A stretch of 64,000 nt of DNA, taken from assembly GCA_031417395.1 (NCBI GenBank), contig JANOVM010000036.1, positions 56,956 to 120,955 of the forward strand. Direction: 5' to 3'. The notes below the pieces were generated by a model. It searched no databases and was not told the DNA's origin. It was given only the letters and a program-made list of their open reading frames with translations. The position numbers were made by a program, and so were the translations under genes. The stretch comes from Bacteroidota bacterium (GTDB taxonomy: Bacteria > Bacteroidota > Bacteroidia > AKYH767-A > 2013-40CM-41-45). Position 1 is the stretch's first letter. Each line of letters starts with the position of its first letter. Below are positions 1 to 9,986 of the stretch, in pieces.

Positions 1-598
1 TCTATGGATGACAGTAAGCATAGACAAAAAATTAACCAAGAGATGGAGCGTTGGATTAGATGAAGAGTTCAGATTGTTCGATAATATTTCCAGAATAAAT
101 TTACTTTATTCAAATCTGGGCATTAACTATAAAGTTAAATCGTTTAAGTTTTCCTTTGTATATCGTTTTATTACTAAGAATGAAGACGATCTTTATTTCA
201 GCAAAACGCATCGTTTGTATTTTGATGCTTCCTATCGGTATAAAATTAATGATTGGTCATTTAGCTACAGACTTCGTACCCAGGGACAGGTTAGCGAATA
301 TTATTCAAGTGAAAATGGCAAAAAGGTTGAAAGTCTACTAAGACACAAATTTGAAATCAATTATCAATTGGGGAAAATTACTCCTTTCATTGCTGCTGAG
401 TTTTTCTATCAATTAAACAACCCTACCTATAAGGAGGGAAATAATTTGTTTAACCGGATGAGGTATAATGGAGGGTTAAATTATGAATTCAATAGGGTGC
501 ATAGCGTCGGTATTTATTATCTCATTCAGCACGATTTTAATAACAAAAATAACAGCAATGATTATGTTATAGGGGTTCAGTACGGACTTACCCTTTAA
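1..598 (+). CDS. C-terminal part of a putative outer-membrane beta-barrel protein (5' end outside window)
   Basis: ORF 8..598 has no upstream stop within the window. Alternating hydrophobic/aromatic pattern with Y/F-rich strands, ending ...GVQYGLTL, typical of OMP C-termini. Confidence 0.35.
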   Translation, partial: LWMTVSIDKKLTKRWSVGLDEEFRLFDNISRINLLYSNLGINYKVKSFKFSFVYRFITKNEDDLYFSKTHRLYFDASYRYKINDWSFSYRLRTQGQVSEYYSSENGKKVESLLRHKFEINYQLGKITPFIAAEFFYQLNNPTYKEGNNLFNRMRYNGGLNYEFNRVHSVGIYYLIQHDFNNKNNSNDYVIGVQYGLTL

Positions 599-658
599 TT
601 CACGTATTAATATTCAATCATTTTTCTATTGCTTAGCCGGTTGTAAAGGATTATAATT

Positions 659-1528
659 TTAATCACCCCAGTTTAATGTCCACTGCAACCCTTTGACAAA
701 CGTCGGTAAAGATGTATCCATATGTAAAAGGTTTGAATAGATGTCGCCTTTGAAATTAATTTTATTATTTTCCTTCAATGATTTTGAAAGCGATGAAAGT
801 ACGATATTTGTTTTTAACTGTGTTGAGTCTTCTTCCTCTTCGTCTTCGAGTCCGCCGAAAGTGATATACGATTTTATATTAGTCTGATTGTTTTCCGTTA
901 ATTTTTCAAATTCTTTAAGTATGTAGTTATGATTGTAGTCTGTAGAGGGACTAGCTCCAATATAACCATGGAACATCGTGTTTTTATTTAAAAGACTTTG
1001 CTGCATTGCATAGAGCGTAAAATATCCTCCTAAGGAATGTCCCATTAAAATTCTTTTACTTTTATCAACCCTGTATTTAGAATCATTGTCCGGAATGAGT
1101 TCGTTATTAATAAACGATAAAAATTTATCTGCTCCGCCGCTCAAGCTCATTTCATATTCCGGAATGGCAATGGGGAAAGTGAAATCTCTGCTTCGCAAGG
1201 AGTCCATTGATTGCATATCTTTATAGCCGATACCAACTAATATAGCAGGAGGAAGCAAGCCGACCTCTGAATAATTTTTAAATATTGTAGCAACAATATC
1301 AAAGTACAAATTCGCGTCCAGGAGATAGACTATGGGATATGTTTCTTTTGTGGCAGAATAGTAATCATTCGGCAGGCTAATAGATATATCAAAGGTGTCA
1401 TTAACTGATGTGGAATAAAATTTAATGCTATTCTTTAAGTTAGTATTTTTATCATTATTATTTTCTTTTACTTCTCTGCATCCGAAAAGGAGAATTAATA
1501 ATGTTAGTGTGGGAAGTGTAATTTTCAT
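659..1528 (-). CDS. alpha/beta-hydrolase fold esterase (putative esterase family), lipoprotein
   Basis: Lipoprotein-like signal (LLFGC) and GHSLGG nucleophile-elbow motif. Paralogous to the 11804..12964 product. Confidence 0.65.
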   Translation of the reverse strand: MKITLPTLTLLILLFGCREVKENNNDKNTNLKNSIKFYSTSVNDTFDISISLPNDYYSATKETYPIVYLLDANLYFDIVATIFKNYSEVGLLPPAILVGIGYKDMQSMDSLRSRDFTFPIAIPEYEMSLSGGADKFLSFINNELIPDNDSKYRVDKSKRILMGHSLGGYFTLYAMQQSLLNKNTMFHGYIGASPSTDYNHNYILKEFEKLTENNQTNIKSYITFGGLEDEEEEDSTQLKTNIVLSSLSKSLKENNKINFKGDIYSNLLHMDTSLPTFVKGLQWTLNWGD

Positions 1529-1651
1529 ATATGTTCAGGGCGATAGGTTTTTATAAATTTAATTAAGCAATCAAAAATAGTTAATTTATTTATTTATTTA
1601 TTATTTGAAGTATTTAGCATAACCAACTATTATTTTATTTAAAGGAAGTTT

Positions 1652-2183
1652 ATTATCTGCAATTAACTTTGCCTTATATCCATTATGATTGTAAACCTTA
1701 TAACCTTAGTAACAAGAATCAACTCCCCACGAACTAACCTTATTACCTTTCTGAAAGTATACTATCATAAAAATTGAACACAACAACCATTGCACCAATT
1801 TTATTTTAATCAACCCTAGCTCGATATTGGAAAAAATTTAAAGAAGAGTATGATGCGTTAAACAGGAATTATAGAAGAGGAATAAAATAGGAATAAGGTA
1901 ATAAGGTCTTTATTGGTTATTCTGTTTTGTTACTAAGGTAATAAGGTCTTATATTCCTTAAATAATCGATGGTTTACACTAACATCCAAAATTTGAAACA
2001 TTTGCCATCTAAGGAAATATTTTATCTGCAATTAACTTTGCCTTATATCCATGATGATTGTAAACCTTATTACCTTAGTAACAAGAATCAACTCCCCACG
2101 AACTAACCTTATTACCTTATTGAAAGTATACTATCATGAAAGTTGAATACAATAACCATTGCACTCATTTTATTTTAATCAAT
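1652..2183. repeat. Paired-box repeat cluster, locus 1: two ~160 bp direct copies (1652-1812, 2021-2183; ~93% identical) flanking an inverted partial copy
   Basis: The 12-mer CCTTATTACCTT and its complement AAGGTAATAAGG occur as three pairs at about 1696/1737, 1895/1936 and 2066/2107. Each pair has 41 bp spacing and sits next to TAGTAACAA. Confidence 0.6.
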
Positions 2184-2283
2184 AGTAAAGAATTGAAAAA
2201 TAAAATTGATCTAAAATTTCAAAAACCATTACCATTTGCAGTATAATCTTAGCTTAGTAGCCTTAATATTTGTATTGAGTTTG

Positions 2284-3570
2284 TTATTTGAAAATACTAA
2301 ATAATCCCCAGTAAAAAAATAAAACCAGCAAAACAGAATAAGCAATATTGTTTAACGTGAAAAGCCATTTTGAAAAGCTGCGCCAATTGTGTTCTTTGAA
2401 CAATCTGAAGTTTGTTATTAATAAGGGAATAATAAGCAGTAAAAGAAGGAAAGGAATGTATGCAGCAATGTTCAGCATGGAGAATTTATAGTCCTTATAA
2501 GGGGCTGGAAAATAGAAAATGTAGCGATTTCTTGCTAGAACATATAGATAATATAGCATGATGAAACCCAATGGAACTAATAATAGTTTTATTTTATTTT
2601 TAGTTCTCAAATAACTGAAAAGAAAAAATAAGGCTGAAAATGTAAACAAACCTGCGCAAAATAGCAGAAACAGCATTATTGCAATACTATTCTGAGGAAT
2701 TTTGTAATTAATTAACTTTTCAAATTCTGCATTTTGTGGAAACAGATTTGTAATATTCAAAAGGTGGTTTCCTTTTGCCAATTCATCTTTTAAATTAAAT
2801 TGAACGACACGACTGTAATCGTGATAAAAATAAAGAAAAGTTTTACCATCGTTCAGGTACCAGATAGAAGTAAGCAATGTGCCATCGCCAATTTTCTTCC
2901 TGCACACATGCATTGTATCTGATAATGCTGTGCAAAAGGCAAGGCTTGTATCAATTTTGTTTTTAAGAAAATTTACTCCATTTCTATAACGATTTAATTT
3001 AAGAGCATCTGATTCCTTAGTGTTGGATGGGCAGAAATTTGATAAAACATATTTGGCATTGTTATCAAAATGCATTGTATTTGACTCGACAATTAAACAC
3101 TTGCCTGATTTTTCAATATAAATAAAAACATCTTCTATGAAATAAGAATGATCAAAGTTATTTATGTAATCATATACATCCTTGGTGGTTTTGCATTTAT
3201 GTAAAATGTCTTTTAAGTATTGAGTTGGATTGGAAATTATCTTTTTGTTTGAACTAACGCTTAATACTTTTTCCGGGGGAGGCGCTGCAAGTCTGGAAAA
3301 TGTAAGTCCAAATTCATTCATTCCTGATTGAGGAGCGTAACCATTAGCTCCATCAAATCTTCCACCTGTAAAAACTGCACCATATTCTTCTGACTTTTCT
3401 TTGTTTTCGAACCATATCACCGGTGTCAAATAGTAAGCATCAAAGTTTGTACCGACCATTGTTTTTTCGTTCACCGTTACTTTGTACATGCTGCATGAAA
3501 TGGCTTCATCAGCAATAAGAAGCATAGCGATTATTGCAAAGAAAGTTGTAAGAGAAATTAACTTATTCAT
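2284..3570 (-). CDS. Ntn-hydrolase-like protein (choloylglycine hydrolase / linear amide C-N hydrolase type) with C-terminal transmembrane segments
   Basis: Signal peptide followed by ...AISC|SMYKV, where Cys could be the N-terminal nucleophile after cleavage. C-terminal ~110 aa are strongly hydrophobic (3-4 TM helices). Family call is from motif recollection only. Confidence 0.4.
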   Translation of the reverse strand: MNKLISLTTFFAIIAMLLIADEAISCSMYKVTVNEKTMVGTNFDAYYLTPVIWFENKEKSEEYGAVFTGGRFDGANGYAPQSGMNEFGLTFSRLAAPPPEKVLSVSSNKKIISNPTQYLKDILHKCKTTKDVYDYINNFDHSYFIEDVFIYIEKSGKCLIVESNTMHFDNNAKYVLSNFCPSNTKESDALKLNRYRNGVNFLKNKIDTSLAFCTALSDTMHVCRKKIGDGTLLTSIWYLNDGKTFLYFYHDYSRVVQFNLKDELAKGNHLLNITNLFPQNAEFEKLINYKIPQNSIAIMLFLLFCAGLFTFSALFFLFSYLRTKNKIKLLLVPLGFIMLYYLYVLARNRYIFYFPAPYKDYKFSMLNIAAYIPFLLLLLIIPLLITNFRLFKEHNWRSFSKWLFTLNNIAYSVLLVLFFYWGLFSIFK

Positions 3571-3800
3571 TAGGGCAGCAATATTTTTTTATTGCATTAG
3601 TAAAATTAAGTAAAGTCTAAATTATTTAATCGATACAAATAGATTGGTTCTCGAATAAGAACGAGAATTTTATTAAGATATTGGGAGTTTAATTTTAAAA
3701 TGATAAGAAAAAATATAGATACTTATTCAATGAAACAATTGAGGCGGTAATAACTGAAGAAATATCTCATTCAATCGACTAAAGAATTTCCAACTAACGG

Positions 3801-4166
3801 CTAATCATTTATTTTTATACCATTTACGAAATAGTCTGTTTCGCCATTCCAGGGCAGATGGCCTCTTTTTTGTTCATAATGTAACGTAACATGTTTTCCT
3901 TCAAGATCAAACATCTGTTTAGCAATGCTGTCCTCTTTGACCGAAAAGAAGAATTTTTCTGAAGCAATTGTTGCATTGATATTGCTGGTAATGCTGCTCA
4001 TAACCAGTTCACCTTCGTAAGTTTTAAAAATGTCTCCTTTCTTAGAAAACTTTTGTAGAATTCCGGAGCGGTTACCTTCACTATAGATGTTATAATATTT
4101 CCAATAGATCCGAAAAGAAAGCAGCAGAAACAAAATCGCGGCTGTCCAAATTAGTACTTTTTTCAT
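3801..4166 (-). CDS. hypothetical membrane-anchored protein
   Basis: ORF with an N-terminal TM helix (ILFLLLSFRIYW). Confidence 0.35.
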   Translation of the reverse strand: MKKVLIWTAAILFLLLSFRIYWKYYNIYSEGNRSGILQKFSKKGDIFKTYEGELVMSSITSNINATIASEKFFFSVKEDSIAKQMFDLEGKHVTLHYEQKRGHLPWNGETDYFVNGIKIND

Positions 4167-4209
4167 GCAATTATTTTTGAAGTAATAATGACAATAACAA
4201 CTAAATATT

Positions 4210-5556
4210 TTAACGGTTTACTATTATTTTTCTTGTTGTTATGCCAAGTTTTGTTTTAATGTAAACTATGTATAAGCCGTTAACATCAAGGTTTAAGATT
4301 GTCGAATTTTCCGTTGTTTGATTTTTTATTATTTGTTTTCCAAACATGTCTGTGACTATTATTTCCGCAAAGTCAGTAAAAAGATCAATTTTAAATTCTC
4401 CGGTAGAAGGATTCGGATAAATAGAAAACAAATTATTTTCTTCCATGTTTTTATCTATACTTGAAATTATTCCTGTAGTGGTTCCCTGAAAATAAAGCGA
4501 TAACGGAAAATTTCCCTGTTGTCCGGTAAATACTGCTGCCGGAACACGGATTAAAAATGTGTGATTACCGGCAGTAACAGGACCCAGATTAATTCTTCTT
4601 ATATCTATTACATCTCCCGGACACCAATTACTAAATGATTGCCACTGAGCGCTGGATTTAGCCGATGGGCCATAAATTCCATTAGCCTGGGTATTGTATT
4701 GGCGGAATGGCTCACAGGTCGGACGCCCCGGCCTGTAGGAAAGAACTAAAGAACTATCAAAATAGGCGTAATGCCATCTTCTAATGTATTCTTCACCACC
4801 GGTATTTGAACCATGATTGGATGTAATGAGAAAAAAGGCAGCGTCTGTTAAATTATTGGGAACATTAAACGATATGGTCTTTGTTGTTTTTCCAATAGTG
4901 TCAGTCGCATCGGTCTGATAGTTATTGAAATTGTTTTTAAAGAATAAGGGTATCAAAACATTTGTATTTTGAGGAAGAGCAGAGGCGTTTGTTACAAATT
5001 CCAGTTTCCCCATAAAGACATCGTTACGTCCGGAGCAGCCGGCCACTTGTGTTTGAGCAGCGTATGGAACTCCAAATAAAGACAGCTCGATCCATATATC
5101 AAAATTATTTGTTATGGCAGTATCTTTCAAAAGCATGGCAACATTGTCTACATTAAAAGTAAAAGGAACTGAATCAGGTTGAATGTTTTTATTCATAAAA
5201 GGAGTAATAAATCTTCCAAGTTCAATGCGCTGCACGCTATCCGGAGTATATGTCGCAGAACCGATGGGAACTAAAGCCATATTCACATTTCCAATCCTGT
5301 CATAATTATCACATAATGCTTTAATGGTAACATTCATCTGCAAAGTAGTACCGATGGAAAGAAGTTCAGTGCTTGTCAGTTTTCTTGCAAATAAATCATT
5401 TGAATGTTTTATTACGCCGGCAGGCGGAGGAGGATTGGTGACAAATGCAGCATAACCATCAAAATAAATAATACTATCCATTACGGTAATGGTTGTTTGT
5501 GCTGTAGAATGTATTACAGCAAATGCAAATGTCAGTAGTAATAAATATTTTTTCAT
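4210..5556 (-). CDS. PNGase F-like (peptide-N4-(N-acetyl-beta-glucosaminyl)asparagine amidase F family) secreted protein with T9SS C-terminal sorting domain
   Basis: Signal peptide. ELGRFITPF, NHGSNTGGEEYIRRWHY and NWCPGDVIDIRRINL resemble the EIGRFITPY, GWGHAKP...AEWCFRTH and NWAPDRAGWCPG segments of Elizabethkingia PNGase F (compared from memory). C-terminal IYPNPSTGEF...IVNR matches the T9SS type-A CTD pattern. Confidence 0.55.
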   Translation of the reverse strand: MKKYLLLLTFAFAVIHSTAQTTITVMDSIIYFDGYAAFVTNPPPPAGVIKHSNDLFARKLTSTELLSIGTTLQMNVTIKALCDNYDRIGNVNMALVPIGSATYTPDSVQRIELGRFITPFMNKNIQPDSVPFTFNVDNVAMLLKDTAITNNFDIWIELSLFGVPYAAQTQVAGCSGRNDVFMGKLEFVTNASALPQNTNVLIPLFFKNNFNNYQTDATDTIGKTTKTISFNVPNNLTDAAFFLITSNHGSNTGGEEYIRRWHYAYFDSSLVLSYRPGRPTCEPFRQYNTQANGIYGPSAKSSAQWQSFSNWCPGDVIDIRRINLGPVTAGNHTFLIRVPAAVFTGQQGNFPLSLYFQGTTTGIISSIDKNMEENNLFSIYPNPSTGEFKIDLFTDFAEIIVTDMFGKQIIKNQTTENSTILNLDVNGLYIVYIKTKLGITTRKIIVNR

Positions 5557-5683
5557 ATATTTTTTTATTAGATAGATTATTATGTTATTAGTTTTTCGGT
5601 GCTTAAATAAGACAGATAGCCATATTTGTTAAATTTAGAAAAGTTAAATATACTAAAAGTCAAGAAAGGAAATTCTTTACGAA

Positions 5684-5875
5684 CTATTTTTGTTGCTTTA
5701 AAAGTCGTCCGAGTGCAACGATCCCACCCCCCAAGGCACAAATTAAAGGTGCATTTTCGCTACTGCCAAAAATGTTTAAGTAACTTATGCAAAGTCCAAT
5801 CATCCAACCGGCGATAATTCCAACAAACACTTGCTCGATAGACTTTCTTTTAAATGTAATTCCGAGACTTTTCAT
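5684..5875 (-). CDS. small hydrophobic membrane protein (hypothetical)
   Basis: 63-aa ORF with two predicted TM segments and a Gly-rich stretch (ICALGGGIVALG). Could be spurious. Confidence 0.25.
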   Translation of the reverse strand: MKSLGITFKRKSIEQVFVGIIAGWMIGLCISYLNIFGSSENAPLICALGGGIVALGRLLKQQK

Positions 5876-6076
5876 AATTTTGATTAATCAAATAGTAATA
5901 GTCGTAATCATTAGAGGATCATGTGGTCGTCAAGAATATACGCAAACTGTAATTTTCCTAGTTTCAATTACCTCACCTCAAATATAGTAAAAACAAACCT
6001 ACTATTGATTCATAAAATTCTAATTTTTAACGATAATATATCATCGGGTATAAGCATTTCAGTACCGGAAACCATA

Positions 6077-6523
6077 TTATTTTGCCAGATTAATTAATTC
6101 TCTTTCCAACCGATCAAAGTTTTCTTCATTTTTGGGAATTACAAATCGTTTGATTTTTTCACATTCTTCGGCGGTATTGAAAATCATTCTAAAAGATATT
6201 TTAGACTTTGAATCATTGATGTATGCAAATTCCACTTCCATATCGAATATTGGCTGAGAGACCCTTTTCCAGGAAATTAATTTGTTGGGCAAAACTGTTT
6301 TAAATATAGATGAGTTTTCGTAATGACCATTTTCCGGTCCATGCATAGTCAAAGTCCGCTTTCCTTCAGGCCGTAAGTCAAATTCATGAATAGTATTTGT
6401 AAATCCTTCAGGTCCCCACCAGCTTTGTAAATGCAATGGATTAGCAAAAGCATTATAAACTGACTCTACAGATGCATTTACTATTCTTGAACTGTATATT
6501 TTATAATCGGGATTGGAATTCAT
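6077..6523 (-). CDS. SRPBCC-superfamily protein (AHSA1 / activator of Hsp90 ATPase homolog-like)
   Basis: 148 aa. SWWGPEGF...TLTMHGPENGHYEN pattern typical of the AHSA1-like SRPBCC family. Confidence 0.5.
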   Translation of the reverse strand: MNSNPDYKIYSSRIVNASVESVYNAFANPLHLQSWWGPEGFTNTIHEFDLRPEGKRTLTMHGPENGHYENSSIFKTVLPNKLISWKRVSQPIFDMEVEFAYINDSKSKISFRMIFNTAEECEKIKRFVIPKNEENFDRLERELINLAK

Positions 6524-6534
6524 GTATTTTAAAA

Positions 6535-7430
6535 TTAATTAAATATTTTGTCTAAAGTTGGTTTTTGAGCTAATAAATGTCTGGCACCAAAAACAATTAA
6601 GACATTCTCATTATATTGAAAGCTATTGTAAATATTTCTTAAAATTACACTGTCTCGAATTTGTAAAGAATTACTTTGGATTTCACTAAACGGTACCCGG
6701 TCAAATTCTGTTTGCGCCAATTCAAAATTATTTAAGTCAATAGTTTTATTTTCATTGTTAACCTTATACAAGTTTTCAAAGTAGAGCCATAAACTTTCTT
6801 TGTCTGAAAGAATGATTTTGCATCTAAGTTTAATATATTTTTCAATAAAATAATTATATTCAAAATTCAAATCTTTAGCATCATTATAACCAGAAACAAA
6901 TTGAGGAATAAATCTCTGCATAACTAAAAAATAAAGAATCTGATTGCTATCATATTTTTTTAAAAGCCCTGTAATTTCAATACTATCAGGGCAATCCGCA
7001 TTTTGCAGTTTTATCTTAAAAGAATCGGCTAAAAATTTTAAAAATCCAATGGTTCCTTTTTTTGAATAGCCTCTTCTCTGGTAGTAAAACGTATGCTATC
7101 AGAAACCTGTCCGCCTTCGTTTAATATTAATGATGGTTTGAAAAGTGAAATATATTTTTGAATGGTATCAAATCTATTGTCTTTTGGATCATTTCCATGT
7201 TGTTCCCATAAATAGATTAAATGTTTTGTTCCTTTCAACTTGTTATAAACTATTATAGGGAAATATCCATTGTTTTTTTGTAGTATTTCCTGAACTTGAT
7301 TGTTAACTTCTAAATAACTTTTGGTCTCAATCACAGGCATAGGGCCAAGCGCATTATTATTTGTTTGAAGGTTGCAGGCAAATAAAATTGTCAAAGTCAA
7401 AATTTTAAATATTTTCTTGAAAGTTTTCAT
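6535..7430 (-). pseudogene. TraB/GumN-like secreted protein gene split by a frameshift at a T7/A7 homopolymer (ORFs 7038..7430 and 6535..6921)
   Basis: N-terminal ORF has a lipoprotein signal and KGTKHLIYLW (GTxH-like). C-terminal ORF has VLIVFGARHLLAQ (GAxHL-like). The downstream frame stays open upstream through 7057-7063 (TTTTTTT on the + strand) and overlaps the end of the upstream ORF. Confidence 0.4.
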
Positions 7431-7628
7431 AAAATTAGAGATAATGGTTCCGGGCTTGCATTGGAGAATTTTTGAAACAGAAAACCCTCTGCCAAAACGT
7501 TTTATTTTTTTGTCGGGGAAATAAAACCAGTCTCAACCTCTTTAGTTTTTATGGATCTTATTTCAATGGTTGCGGAAGGAACATATTCAAATTCAGGATT
7601 TTCTTTGGCAATTATAATTGCTTCGTTT

Positions 7629-8069
7629 TTATTTGTATTGCTGATTAGAAACATTAAACATCCACCGAATTCCAAACCTGTCAAGGCATACGCCCCAATA
7701 TCCCCAAAATTCGTCGTGAGGAGAAACACAGTCTGTTTCACCCTGAGAAAGCGCCTTATATATTCTGTCTGCTTCTTCTTTTGTATCGGGTTCTAAGCTA
7801 ATGGTTGTATTGTTGCCAATCGTTAATTTGTGTCCCATGCTTTCAAGCATGTCTGTTCCCATAATTTTTGTACCTCCTAATATTGGAAGCGATACATGCA
7901 TTACCATTTTTTTCTCCACATCTGAAAGCTGCGGCATGCCTTCTTTTTGAGGCATATCGCCCATTCGCAAAATAGGAGCAGCTCACTCTGTTTTGAAAAC
8001 TGATTTGTAAAGGTTAAACGCTTCTTCGGCATTTCCTTGAAAGTTGAGGTAGATGTTTGTTTTTGCCAT
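7629..8069 (-). pseudogene. PhnB-like / VOC-family protein (3-demethylubiquinone-9 3-methyltransferase domain type) interrupted by an in-frame TGA
   Basis: ATG at 8069..8067 encodes MAKTNIYLNFQGNAEEAFNLYKSVFKTE, then TGA at 7985..7983. The same frame continues AAPILRMGDMPQ...DRFGIRWMFNVSNQQYK to 7629. Total length ~146 aa matches the family. Confidence 0.5.
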
Positions 8070-8397
8070 GATATTTATTTTTTTAATTAATAAAGAAACT
8101 TAATGTTATTTCAATTACAGAAAATGTTCCGGGAGTTGACACAGCACATTTCTACAAAATATAGAATGTATCCGTAATATTAGCTCCTTGAAACTAAAAT
8201 TTCTTAAAATGAAATTAAAATTTCAAATTAATTAAACACGACGAAATTAAACTTTTATGTAGAAAACTGAGCGTATTTTAATACAGGAAAAATGATTCGA
8301 AAATTAATAGTTATACTTCAATTCTTAAAAAGGTAAACAATAACTTGCACAACATAATCAATATTGCCCAAAGGCTGTTCTTAGGCGTTTTATCTTG

Positions 8398-9447
8398 TCA
8401 ATAATATTGCCAAGATATGCAGTTAAGTACTCCACCGTGCTTTGCTAATTTTTCTATGTCAGTTGTAATAGACACAGTGTTAAGGCTTGGGAATTTCATT
8501 TTAAATAAGTCAACTGCATTTTTGTCTTGGGGAATATTATATTGAGGTAAGAATACAGTGCCCCCAATTCTTAAATAGTTAATATAGTTACCAAATGCAC
8601 TTGGGAATTTTCCAGTCTTTAAGAGAATTGAATGATCGATTCGAATTACGTTTAATGATTTTTGTGTCATGTAGTCAGCAATCGTATTCAAAAAGTCTTT
8701 TCCTGTTCGATAGTCTTTTTCGCTTATATAGTCATGGTTGTCACTGTACTGATTGGGATATGATGCCACTAAGACTGTTTTTTCATTGATGAATCTCATC
8801 ATTCCATCAACGTGTCCTGTTTTATCTCCCGGTTCGACTGGTACAATTATTAAATCAGAAATGTTAAGTTTAGATTTGAAAATTTCCTTTAAACCATCAA
8901 TGAAAACATCTTCGTTATCAGAAATTACTCTATTTGATACAACACCAACTCCGTTTCCGTTATGAATAAGATTACCACCGTCTAATATTAAATTTGTTTT
9001 GTCATTTTTGACAAAATAATTCAGATGCAGCTTTAAATAGGTTGCAATCTCAATTCCAACTTTATCATCTATGTCAGCATACTTAATGTGTTGAGAACTA
9101 AAATAACTGGGGTTATATAGAGCCTTAACGACACTATTGTTTTTAAAATATATAGGACAAAAATCTCTTACCCAAACATCTTGAACTGTTTTTGACTCTA
9201 AAACATTAATCTTTGTTTCCGTATTTAGTTCATTAAGAAAATTTTCTAATTCGAGCCGAGCAGTTGGGCGAACAACCAAAGTTAATTCGCTAAGTATTTT
9301 TGTTCCAAGAACAGTTTTAATAAAGTCATTATAAAAATTGATTAATTCAGAACGGTTGTCGGGTAAGTCTTTTGGGTAAACTAGTACTAGCCCTTTGGGG
9401 TTTGTAAATTCACTTGTGATGTTTTGTGTATTGAGTAAATTGGTCAT
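8398..9447 (-). CDS. agmatine deiminase / Porphyromonas-type peptidylarginine deiminase family protein
   Basis: 349 aa. C-terminal HGGVLNCISWQ resembles the conserved GGG.IHCITQQ catalytic-Cys end of agmatine deiminases. Confidence 0.5.
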   Translation of the reverse strand: MTNLLNTQNITSEFTNPKGLVLVYPKDLPDNRSELINFYNDFIKTVLGTKILSELTLVVRPTARLELENFLNELNTETKINVLESKTVQDVWVRDFCPIYFKNNSVVKALYNPSYFSSQHIKYADIDDKVGIEIATYLKLHLNYFVKNDKTNLILDGGNLIHNGNGVGVVSNRVISDNEDVFIDGLKEIFKSKLNISDLIIVPVEPGDKTGHVDGMMRFINEKTVLVASYPNQYSDNHDYISEKDYRTGKDFLNTIADYMTQKSLNVIRIDHSILLKTGKFPSAFGNYINYLRIGGTVFLPQYNIPQDKNAVDLFKMKFPSLNTVSITTDIEKLAKHGGVLNCISWQYY

Positions 9448-9484
9448 TTCTATTAATATGATAAATGTATACTACATTTACCTG

Positions 9485-9937
9485 TTACATTTTAACAAGT
9501 TGAAAAACTGCAATTCCTGGGGCAATAAAATCTCCAGGTTCAATCATTGCTTTTAATTTTTTTGCTTTGTTTTCGTACATATCCATTTTATCTTCAGTGC
9601 CTATTAGATTGTAGCCAAGCGTTTTTTTTAGTTCGTCCATAAATTCAAAGACGCGATTTTCTGGAGCTGTAAATTGTATTCGTTTGATTTTCCTGGTTGA
9701 CATATCAAATTGAACATAAACCAATGCTTCCCAAGATTTAGAATCGTCTCTAAACTTCCATTCAGTCTCGCCTTGTTTAACAAGAGAATAATTTTTGGAT
9801 AGCGCGGTCTTTATTTTTTCCAAGGTATAGTTTTGGGTTAAATATTTTTCAAATGTTGTGAATTTCAATTGTACGATTTGAGCTTGAATAGTTAAGACAC
9901 TAATCCCTAAAAGTATTGCAGTCAACAGTATTTTCAT
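9485..9937 (-). CDS. hypothetical secreted protein
   Basis: 150 aa with an N-terminal signal peptide. No recognisable motif. Confidence 0.4.
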   Translation of the reverse strand: MKILLTAILLGISVLTIQAQIVQLKFTTFEKYLTQNYTLEKIKTALSKNYSLVKQGETEWKFRDDSKSWEALVYVQFDMSTRKIKRIQFTAPENRVFEFMDELKKTLGYNLIGTEDKMDMYENKAKKLKAMIEPGDFIAPGIAVFQLVKM

Positions 9938-9986
9938 TTTTTTTTGTGTTTAGTCCTTTAAAATGCCACAAACGGTTAGTTCGTTT

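Noticed and set aside
1560-2280. CRISPR array
   Set aside because: The repeats here and at 30.6-31.1 kb are 12-14 bp boxes in pairs with 41 bp spacing inside longer ~160 bp duplicated units. There is no regular repeat-spacer array of 28-48 bp repeats and no cas genes.
7502-7741. 79-aa ORF overlapping the 3' end of the PhnB-like gene in another frame
   Set aside because: It overlaps the family-typical C-terminus (DRFGIRWMF) of the PhnB-like reading frame by >100 nt. It could be a YciI-like fragment but cannot be supported, so it is not called.
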